Source: an uncultured Clostridia bacterium (GTDB lineage Bacteria > Bacillota > Clostridia > Oscillospirales > Ruminococcaceae). Taken from it: 64,000 nt of DNA. The translations under genes and the position numbers were made by a program. How positions within the stretch are numbered: position 1 is the stretch's first letter; each line of letters starts with the position of its first letter. The notes beneath the pieces were generated by a model that was given only the letters and a program-made list of their open reading frames with translations, was not told the origin of the DNA and ran no database searches. The DNA lies in assembly GCA_947629905.1 (NCBI GenBank), contig CANRFM010000008.1, positions 5,811 to 69,810 on the forward strand, written 5' to 3'. Below, piece after piece: positions 52,155-58,825 of the stretch.

Positions 52155-54128
52155 ATGCCAGATAGACACATACATATTGCTGTCATTGTATCAACGATCG
52201 ACGAGGAATACCAGAGCGGCATCCTCAGAGGCATTCGGCAGTTTGCCTTTGCCAACAATATCACCCTCGATCACTTTGTCGCTTTCGGCAATATCGGGAG
52301 CGACATCCGGCACGATACGGGGGAGTATAATATTTTCTCCCTTGCCGATTTTTCCCGGTTTGACGGCGTGATACTCGTCATCAATACCATTCAGTTTGCC
52401 GATTGTCTGGAGCGTGTACTCGAACGGGTGCGGGCTTCCGGCATTCCGGCAGTCTGCATTGACAAGAATGTTGCCGGGTTCTATTATATTGGTATCGACA
52501 ACGAAATGGCAATGCACGCTATGGTGGAGCATTTCATCGTCAAGCACGGCTTTGAGCGCATCAATTTCATTTCCGGACCGGCGGATAATATTGACAGCGT
52601 ACAGCGCCTGAAAGCCTACAAGGAAGTACTGACGCAGCACGGCATTCTCGTGGAGGAGGAGCGCATCTATCACGGGCGGTTCGTTTCACGGGACGGTGTG
52701 GATGCCGTGCAGAAATTCATGAACTCTGACCTCGAAATGCCGCAGGCAATCGTCTGCGCCAATGACACGATGGCAATTGCTGCCGTCAGTGCTTTGATGC
52801 ACCATGGGGTGCGTGTGCCGGAGGATGTGGCAGTTTCCGGGTTTGACTACATCTACAATGCCCGGAACTATGCGCCCTCGCTGACATCCGTGGAACGTCC
52901 GCTCGAACGGGTCGGACAGCTTGCGTGTCAGAAGATTTTGAATCACCTTGACGGCAAACCGCAGGAGCGGGAATCTATGCTTGACATTTTCTGCCGGTTC
53001 TCTCAGAGCTGTGGCTGCTGTGAAGCACCCATCATGGATGCGGATGAATTCAAGCGGCGGAACTTCACGGTACTGGAATCGTTCTCGGATGATGTTTCAC
53101 TGGCAAGCCGTCTCTCGTCCTCTTTGGCGGAGTGCGATAATTTAGAGGAATTTGTGGAGAATCTGCGGTATTTCATTCCGGATTTTCACTGCAAGGAGTT
53201 CTACCTCTGCCTGTGCGACAGTTGGCGGCACGGCGTGACGGACGAGCAGGAAGAACGCTATCCTGTCCCGGTGCTTTCGGCGAATGATTACATCGTAAAC
53301 GGCTACGGGGAGCGCATTGTTGTGCCGCTTGCCTACCGGAACGGGCGGTTTTACGATATGCCGGACTTTGCGGCAGAGGAGATGCTGCCGGGAATGTTTG
53401 ACGAAAAAAGCGAAACGGGGAATTATTACTTCGTCCCGCTGCATTTCCGGGAACGGTGCATGGGGTACTGTGTCATCAAGGACAGCAATTTCCCTACCAG
53501 CAGCAAGCTGTTTCACAACATTGTCATGGACATTGCCAATTCCCTCGAAAGTGTGCGCAAAATTGTGCGGCTGGACAAGGTGACCCAGAACCTCAACCGG
53601 CTGTACACGATAGACCCGCTTGCCGGCATCAACAACCGGAACGGCTTCCGCATCGACACCAGTCAGCTCTACAGCTACTGCATGGAAGCACAGAAGCCGG
53701 TGATGCTGATGTTCCTCGACATGGACGGGCTGAAACGTATCAACGACACGTTCGGTCACAAGGCGGGCGATGCTGCCATTATGGGCATGGCGGAAGCCAT
53801 CAAGCGTGCCTGCACGGGCGGTGAGGTCTGCTGCCGGTTCGGCGGGGATGAGTTCATCATCTTTGCGGCGGACTACACGGAAGAACAGGCGCAGTCGCTC
53901 TCCGAGCGCATCCTCGAATGTCTGGAGAGCCTGAATGCCGAAAGGCAGCTGCCCTACAAACTGGCTGCCTCGTTAGGGTTTCATATCACTGTACCCGAAC
54001 CGGGAACGAATCTGTTCCAGCTTGTGACGGTCGCTGACAACATCATGTATGCTGCCAAAAAGAAGAAGAAGACCTCCCGCTACCTGAAACACGGGAAGAA
54101 CGGGGAAACGGATACGGATACGGAATGA
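52155..54128 (+). CDS. Diguanylate cyclase with N-terminal LacI-type (periplasmic-binding-protein fold) ligand domain, no HTH
   Basis: The N-terminus reads IAVIVSTIDEEYQSGILRGI...CANDTMAIAAVSAL...VSGFD (sugar-binding fold). The C-terminus reads NRNGF...DMDGLKRINDTFGHKAGD...FGGDEFIIF. Confidence 0.8.
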   Translation: MPDRHIHIAVIVSTIDEEYQSGILRGIRQFAFANNITLDHFVAFGNIGSDIRHDTGEYNIFSLADFSRFDGVILVINTIQFADCLERVLERVRASGIPAVCIDKNVAGFYYIGIDNEMAMHAMVEHFIVKHGFERINFISGPADNIDSVQRLKAYKEVLTQHGILVEEERIYHGRFVSRDGVDAVQKFMNSDLEMPQAIVCANDTMAIAAVSALMHHGVRVPEDVAVSGFDYIYNARNYAPSLTSVERPLERVGQLACQKILNHLDGKPQERESMLDIFCRFSQSCGCCEAPIMDADEFKRRNFTVLESFSDDVSLASRLSSSLAECDNLEEFVENLRYFIPDFHCKEFYLCLCDSWRHGVTDEQEERYPVPVLSANDYIVNGYGERIVVPLAYRNGRFYDMPDFAAEEMLPGMFDEKSETGNYYFVPLHFRERCMGYCVIKDSNFPTSSKLFHNIVMDIANSLESVRKIVRLDKVTQNLNRLYTIDPLAGINNRNGFRIDTSQLYSYCMEAQKPVMLMFLDMDGLKRINDTFGHKAGDAAIMGMAEAIKRACTGGEVCCRFGGDEFIIFAADYTEEQAQSLSERILECLESLNAERQLPYKLAASLGFHITVPEPGTNLFQLVTVADNIMYAAKKKKKTSRYLKHGKNGETDTDTE

Positions 54129-54140
54129 ATCAAGCAAAGG

Positions 54141-54222
54141 TCGGCGCAGAGCCTGCGCTCCCGTTTTGCCTCCCAATGCGCCTGACGGCGCAAAGGTCGG
54201 CTTGCATGACTGATAGTGCAGT
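54141..54222. repeat. Structured ~82-nt repeat, copy 1
   Basis: Hairpin A gcgcag-agc-ctgcgc (54144-54158), then gcctcccaatgc, hairpin B gcgcc-tgac-ggcgc (54178-54191), then aaaggtcggcttg...tagtgcagt. Confidence 0.75.
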
Positions 54223-54237
54223 ATCAAAATAGTGACA

Positions 54238-54268
54238 GGACGCCCTGAATCGGGGCGTCCTTTATTTC
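54238..54268 (+). terminator. Rho-independent terminator candidate downstream of the cyclase gene
   Basis: ggacgccc-tgaatcg-gggcgtcc is followed by tttatttcc. Confidence 0.6.
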
Positions 54269-54290
54269 CGTCGCATTTCACGACGGAAAT
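54264..54290. other. 10-bp perfect hairpin whose 5' arm is the preceding terminator's T-tract
   Basis: The sequence is atttccgtcg-catttca-cgacggaaat. Confidence 0.6.
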
Positions 54291-54361
54291 GCAATTCAGG
54301 TAGATGAGGTCGGTAAAATCGACCCCACAGGGGCGCAGGGGTATGAACCAGATTCACACCC

Positions 54362-54444
54362 TTCCGGCAGGCTGCCGGCTCCGTGGTGCCTCCCAATGCC
54401 GCCTGACGGCGGCAAAGGTCGGCTTGTTCGGTTGGTAGTGCAGT
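54362..54444. repeat. Structured ~82-nt repeat, copy 2
   Basis: Hairpin A ccggcag-g-ctgccgg (54364-54378), then gcctcccaatgc, hairpin B gccgcc-tgac-ggcggc (54398-54413), then aaaggtcggcttg...tagtgcagt. Confidence 0.75.
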
Positions 54445-54462
54445 TTAGGGGGCATACACTGT

Positions 54463-54790
54463 GGCGTATGGTATACGCCATTGCTATACGCCCGTTTTGG
54501 CTATTTATAGCCAATCATACGCCCATACGCCTAAAAAGCAAGTTGTCCTTATATTGATACCACACGTGCAGTGCACAGCCTTTGCACGCCACCTGCACAC
54601 GCCTGTTTTGGCTATGTATAGGGCTTTGCACGTCTGCACGCCTTTTTTCTTTGTTGCTATTATATATATATTATACTACCGTACCATGTACACCCTGCTG
54701 TACACCCTGATGAACGTCTGTTTTTTGCTGTATATAGCCATTGGTACGCCGGTACGCCTTTTGGGCTTGTTGTCCTTATATATACTGTAC
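54463..54790. repeat. Three tandem ~100-115-bp units with a common scaffold but unit-specific 8-mer words
   Basis: Each unit has 2 upstream words, gtttt + GGCTAT-N-TATAGCC-like palindrome, 2 abutting words, a T-run, then (c)ttgttg(t/c)c(c)ttatata. The abutting words are catacgcc x2 (54516-54531), tgcacgtc/tgcacgcc (54627-54642) and ggtacgcc x2 (54743-54758). Confidence 0.75.
54562..54790. repeat. Left arm of long inverted repeat (units 2-3)
   Basis: The reverse complement of 55111-55366 aligns here. By hand alignment, identity is roughly nine positions in ten over 54595-54790 and weaker over 54562-54594. Confidence 0.8.
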
Positions 54791-55057
54791 TATATTTTTT
54801 CAACCATACTGTTTCTATTAAAATCAAATAAAATATATCTGTATTTCTATGATAACATGAAACTTATCCATAGAATGGACATATTTTTATCCAGTTACAA
54901 TAGAAAAAAGTATAAAACTGCCAAAATGACAGTTTTGCAATACCCGAAAGGGTGTAACTCTAATGGACACCCTTTGACGGAATACAAAGCTCCACAACAA
55001 AATAATATCGAGTTTTAACAAAACGTTAAAAGTCATATTAAAAAAATATATCAGTCG

Positions 55058-55080
55058 GTATACCCTGAATCGGGGTATAC
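55058..55080. other. Hairpin with the same loop as the 54238 terminator but a swapped stem
   Basis: gtataccc-tgaatcg-gggtatac versus ggacgccc-tgaatcg-gggcgtcc. Confidence 0.6.
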
Positions 55081-55110
55081 TTAGGCTAATGTCATGAAAT
55101 GCGGCGGCAG

Positions 55111-55366
55111 GTATAGTATATATAAGGACAACAAGCCCGAAAGGCGTACCGGCGTACCAATGGCTATAATACGTACTTTCTGCCCGTTCAACAAGGTGTA
55201 CAGCAGGGTGTACATGGTACGGTAGTATAATATATATATATATATATATATATAATAGCAACAAAGAAAAAAGGCGTGCAGGCGTGCGAATGGCTATACA
55301 CAGCCAAAACAGGCGTGTGCCGATGCCGTGCGCAGGTAAAAATGACGTGCATCTGCACGTGTAACA
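55111..55366. repeat. Right arm of long inverted repeat (inverted units 3'-2')
   Basis: See the left arm. This arm is longer because of the (TA)12 run. Confidence 0.8.
55231..55254. repeat. (TA)12 microsatellite
   Basis: tatata... runs from 55231 to 55254. The homologous site in the left arm (54661-54670) is (TA)5. Confidence 0.9.
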
Positions 55367-55398
55367 CACACTGCATTGCTGCTTTTTTCAAAAAACAC

Positions 55399-55427
55399 TT
55401 GACAAACGCTCCGAAATGTGATATACT
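55399..55427 (+). promoter_or_regulatory. Sigma-A promoter candidate for cysK
   Basis: TTGACA (55399-55404), a 17-nt spacer, then TATACT (55422-55427) with an extended TGa. Confidence 0.65.
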
Positions 55428-55480
55428 ATAAGCATACCAAACATATAGGTAAACAAGTCGTTTACGGAAAGGAGTTTCAC

Positions 55481-56407
55481 ATGAAAGTTTTTCATTCTTT
55501 TACGGAACTGGTAGGAGGTACGCCGCTGCTGGAGCTGACGCACCTCGAAAAGGCAAACGGTCTGGAGGCGACTGTCCTCGGCAAGCTTGAATACTTCAAC
55601 CCCGCCGGGTCGGTCAAGGACAGAGTAGCCGTTGCCATGATCGAGGATGCAGAGGCAAGGGGCGTGCTCAAAAAGGGCAGCGTCATCATCGAACCGACCA
55701 GCGGTAACACCGGGATCGGGCTTGCGGCTGTGGCTGCGGCTCGGGGCTATCGGCTGATCATCACCATGCCGGAAACGATGAGCATCGAGCGCCGCAACCT
55801 GATGAGAGCCTACGGGGCAGAACTCGTGCTGACAGAGGGCGCAAAGGGCATGAAAGGCGCAATCGCCAAGGCGGAGGAGCTTGCCAAGGAGATCCCGGAC
55901 AGCTTCATCCCGTCCCAGTTCTCCAACCCTGCCAACCCTGCCATCCACCAGAAAACGACCGGCGTGGAGATCTGGAACGATACGGACGGCAAGGTCGCTA
56001 TTCTCGTTGCCGGGGTCGGCACGGGCGGCACGATCAGCGGCGCAGGGGCTTACCTGAAATTCCAGAACCCTGATATTAAAATTGTTGCCGTTGAACCGGC
56101 AAGCTCTCCTGTACTCTCCAAGGGGACTTCCGGACCGCATAAAATTCAGGGCATCGGTGCGGGTTTCGTGCCGGACACGCTGAATACGGACATTTATGAC
56201 GAAATCATCCCGGTCGTGAATGAGGATGCCTTTGCTGCCGGGCGTGCCGTTGCCAGAAGTGAGGGCGTACTGGTCGGCATTTCCTCCGGTGCGGCTGTAT
56301 GGGCTGCCATAGAGCTTGCCAAACGCCCCGAAAACAAGGGAAAAATCATCGTCGCTGTCCTGCCGGACACGGGTGAACGCTATCTTTCCACACCGATGTT
56401 CGACTGA
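55481..56407 (+). CDS. cysK: Cysteine synthase A (O-acetylserine sulfhydrylase)
   Basis: GGAG lies upstream of the ATG at 55481. Motifs are [24 protein letters not shown] and [10 protein letters not shown]. Confidence 0.9.
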   Translation: MKVFHSFTELVGGTPLLELTHLEKANGLEATVLGKLEYFNPAGSVKDRVAVAMIEDAEARGVLKKGSVIIEPTSGNTGIGLAAVAAARGYRLIITMPETMSIERRNLMRAYGAELVLTEGAKGMKGAIAKAEELAKEIPDSFIPSQFSNPANPAIHQKTTGVEIWNDTDGKVAILVAGVGTGGTISGAGAYLKFQNPDIKIVAVEPASSPVLSKGTSGPHKIQGIGAGFVPDTLNTDIYDEIIPVVNEDAFAAGRAVARSEGVLVGISSGAAVWAAIELAKRPENKGKIIVAVLPDTGERYLSTPMFD

Positions 56408-56415
56408 AAACACAA

Positions 56416-56448
56416 ACCGGGATGCCTTTCGGTATCCCGGTCTGTTTA
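56416..56448. terminator. Bidirectional terminator between cysK and feoA
   Basis: accgggatgcc-tttc-ggtatcccggt has T-rich flanks on both strands. Confidence 0.65.
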
Positions 56449-56450
56449 TC

Positions 56451-56684
56451 TCAATGCTGCTCCCGCTGTATGACAATACCCCGTGCATCGGCATTGCGTA
56501 AAGCGACCACAGCGCCCCGTATCCGGTAGGCGGCAAGGTCTGTACCTTTCTGGATACAAGTCACTGCCGTACCCGGGATCAGTCCGATGTCCTGCAAGCG
56601 GCTCCGGATCACGCCTTTCAGGCGGAAACCCAGTATACGCCCGGTCGCCCCCTCCGGGAGCATATCCAATGAAAATCGTTCCAT
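56451..56684 (-). CDS. feoA: FeoA-domain protein (orphan)
   Basis: ATG at 56684 lies 6 nt after GGGAGG. The protein is 77 aa and SH3-like, with pattern ...GATGRILGF...RLQDIGLIPGTAVTCIQKG..AAYRIRGAVVALR. Confidence 0.65.
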   Translation of the reverse strand: MERFSLDMLPEGATGRILGFRLKGVIRSRLQDIGLIPGTAVTCIQKGTDLAAYRIRGAVVALRNADARGIVIQREQH

Positions 56685-56788
56685 GTGCATCCTCCCTGCT
56701 GCTATTCTATGCAGCGGGGGGATGTTCGGTGTCAGGACTTCATTTCGGCATTGACACTATGGACTGGGAAAGGCAGGTCTTTCCGCAG

Positions 56789-57463
56789 TCAGCCGCCCCT
56801 TTCACAGCGTAATTTTGCAGCAAGCTCCGGCAACGAATCGCCTGTCCACGCTGCAAGGCGGCAGATCTCTGCCCATTCTGCCGGAGGACAGCTCTTGTCC
56901 CGCACCCCAGCAACCGGAAATCCGCCCTTTACTGCCGTCTGTACGCAGTGCAGGGCATCCTCTACGATCAAAGTCTCTGCCGGTGCTGTGCCGAGCAGGG
57001 CGGCGGCTGCCTGATACATGGCAGGGGTAGTCTTGCCGCCCGGTACATCCTCCGCTGTGAGGAGGAATTGCAGCCGTTCGAGGATGCCGAGCCGCTTCAG
57101 GGCAGCCTCTGCGGAACTCCGGTACGTCGCCGTAGCTATGCCGTAGGGAATGCCGTGCCTGTCCAAAAAGTCCAAAAACGCTGCCGCACCCGGTTTCAGG
57201 GGGATGCGTGTCCGGTAATATTCCGCTGCCATTTCCTCGATGCGCCGTATCACGTCACCCGGTGTGCAGCCGATGCCAAATTCCCGGACGAAGTACTCTG
57301 CCCACTCTTCCATGCTCATCTTGTTCACCTGCTCCGAAAGCCCCTCCGGCAGGGTGAGGTGATGTTCCTCGAAAAAGCGGATGTCAATTTCATGCCAGAT
57401 CGGCATAGAATCGAGCAGAGTACCGTCCATGTCCAGAATGACACCCCGGATACCGTGCAGCAT
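56789..57463 (-). CDS. HAD-superfamily hydrolase (beta-phosphoglucomutase-like subfamily)
   Basis: Motif I is VILDMDGTLLDS. The cap region and IVEDA motif IV are present. Confidence 0.75.
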   Translation of the reverse strand: MLHGIRGVILDMDGTLLDSMPIWHEIDIRFFEEHHLTLPEGLSEQVNKMSMEEWAEYFVREFGIGCTPGDVIRRIEEMAAEYYRTRIPLKPGAAAFLDFLDRHGIPYGIATATYRSSAEAALKRLGILERLQFLLTAEDVPGGKTTPAMYQAAAALLGTAPAETLIVEDALHCVQTAVKGGFPVAGVRDKSCPPAEWAEICRLAAWTGDSLPELAAKLRCERGG

Positions 57464-58665
57464 CAGTTCCTGCCCTCCATGACGATACGAGCCCGGAAAT
57501 CCTCCTCCGCCGAGGAAATTGCCCCCTGCGCCAGCCCATAAACGTGCGAAGCCCTTTCTTCGAGGCGGACAAAGGCTGCCGCCGTGCTGCCCTCATCCCG
57601 CAGACGGGACAGCGAGGTGTTGACCGGCAGCTTACAGCGCTCCCGTATCATACCGAGCAGCTCCCGCCCTCTGTCGTTAAAGGCAAGCACCCGGACGTAG
57701 GGCGGTTTTTCCTGCATCAGCTCCCGTGGAATGCCGAGCAGCGCACTCATGACAATGCGCCGGATGCGGGACATGGTGTAGCACCGGGTCTTGACGGCGG
57801 CAAGAAATTCCTCAAGGCTGTTGGCATTGCGGGCAGCGTAGAAACGGCTTGCCAACGATTCATTCATGTCCGGCAGCGTGAGCAGCTCCTCCGTGGTGAT
57901 CGTCCGCAAACGGTAGAGGGCGACACGTTCCAATTGCTGCATAGAGGCGATGCGCCCCTCTGCAATGCGGTCAGTCAGGAGCTTTGCCGCAAAGGACGGT
58001 ACAAATTCCGGGTAGTTCAGCTCCCCCTCCAACACGGACTTGCGCAGGAAACTCGCACTGGCAAACTGCCCGGCAGTCTGCGCACTGTCATGCCCCACAT
58101 ACCGCCTCGGCACGGTAAATGCCTTAAACTGCACATTCTGCCGCTGCATGGCTTTGCAGTATTCAATAGCAAGAATATTATTCGGGTCGTACATCTTTGC
58201 GGCAACCTGATTGCCGTAGCGCTGCCGGACGATCTCAAACACGGCAGCCGGGTAGGCTTCGCCCTGCTTCATGCGCTCCCGGATGCGGTCGCCGTAAATT
58301 GTAGTCGTGGAGACAATTGCTTCGGTCAGCAAGGAAATCGTCTCAATATCGCCGCTCGAGCTGCCGAACGACAGTTCATCCACCACGCCTAAATTGTGCA
58401 GCAGCCAGACCGCACCGGATGCATAGAGCTCCGCCGGGGCGCAGGACTGCGGGGTAGGCAGTTCGACCACAAGGTCTGCCCCTGCCCGCACGGCAAGACG
58501 GGAACGGTCGAATTTACTCAGCAGGGCGACATCCCCCCGCTGGACAAAATTACCGCTTAACACGCACACGATATGGGTCGCACCGTTTCTCCGGGTTTCC
58601 CGGATATGATAGACGTGACCATTGTGCAGGGGGTTGTATTCGCAGATGATACCGCTGACTTTCAT
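57463..58665 (-). CDS. tmcAL: tRNA(Met) cytidine acetate ligase (UPF0348/YlbM family nucleotidyltransferase)
   Basis: N-terminus is GIICEYNPLHNGHVYHI. The protein is ~400 aa. Confidence 0.7.
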   Translation of the reverse strand: MKVSGIICEYNPLHNGHVYHIRETRRNGATHIVCVLSGNFVQRGDVALLSKFDRSRLAVRAGADLVVELPTPQSCAPAELYASGAVWLLHNLGVVDELSFGSSSGDIETISLLTEAIVSTTTIYGDRIRERMKQGEAYPAAVFEIVRQRYGNQVAAKMYDPNNILAIEYCKAMQRQNVQFKAFTVPRRYVGHDSAQTAGQFASASFLRKSVLEGELNYPEFVPSFAAKLLTDRIAEGRIASMQQLERVALYRLRTITTEELLTLPDMNESLASRFYAARNANSLEEFLAAVKTRCYTMSRIRRIVMSALLGIPRELMQEKPPYVRVLAFNDRGRELLGMIRERCKLPVNTSLSRLRDEGSTAAAFVRLEERASHVYGLAQGAISSAEEDFRARIVMEGRN

Positions 58666-58744
58666 GACTTTCTCTCCTTTTCTATTTCTGCACCGGAAAT
58701 ACAGGGCGCAGATGAAAAAAATTGTAACTTTTTTCTAAAAACAC

Positions 58745-58772
58745 TTGATTTTTCTGAAAAAAAGTGTATAAT
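58745..58772 (+). promoter_or_regulatory. Sigma-A promoter candidate for ackA
   Basis: TTGATT (58745-58750), a 16-nt spacer, then TATAAT (58767-58772), preceded by gtg. Confidence 0.55.
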
Positions 58773-58825
58773 GGTAAATGGGTAAACTGTTACCGAATCT
58801 TAAAAACCGAAAGGAACGATAGAGT

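Noticed and set aside
54131-54230. Resemblance of GGCGCAAAGGTCGGC / AGCAAAGGTCGGCG to the ACGCAAAGCC core of c-di-GMP-I (GEMM) riboswitches, directly after a diguanylate cyclase gene.
   Set aside because: Only a ~7-nt match exists. The hairpin loops are not the GNRA/receptor pair expected, and no regulated ORF lies downstream. It is kept only as something for a cmscan run to settle.
54864-54895. Two DnaA-box-like 9-mers (TTATCCATA at 54864, TTATCCAGT at 54887) in the AT-rich core, suggesting an origin.
   Set aside because: They have one and two mismatches to TTATCCACA, there are only two of them, and no dnaA/dnaN or other origin-linked genes lie nearby. This is expected by chance in AT-rich DNA.
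54461-55369. ORFs 54461-55018 (+, 185 aa) and 54887-55369 (-, 160 aa) in the repeat region, and small internal ORFs (ATG at 54857, 54875, 54926 and about 55034 on the minus strand).
   Set aside because: None has an SD at any candidate start. The reading frames run straight through tandem and inverted repeats and the TA tract, and the composition is Y/I/L/T-biased low complexity. I treat the region as non-coding.
4692-55480. Long N-terminal extensions in the ORF track (starts at 4692, 9465, 16520, 29921, 40824, 47489, 50773, 51228, 51289, 55418).
   Set aside because: Each extension overlaps the upstream gene or intergenic repeats and lacks an SD. An internal ATG, GTG or TTG with a proper SD, followed by a recognisable family N-terminus or signal peptide, was used instead.
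55388-56536. 382-aa minus-strand ORF.
   Set aside because: It is antisense to cysK, whose PLP-enzyme motifs are unambiguous.
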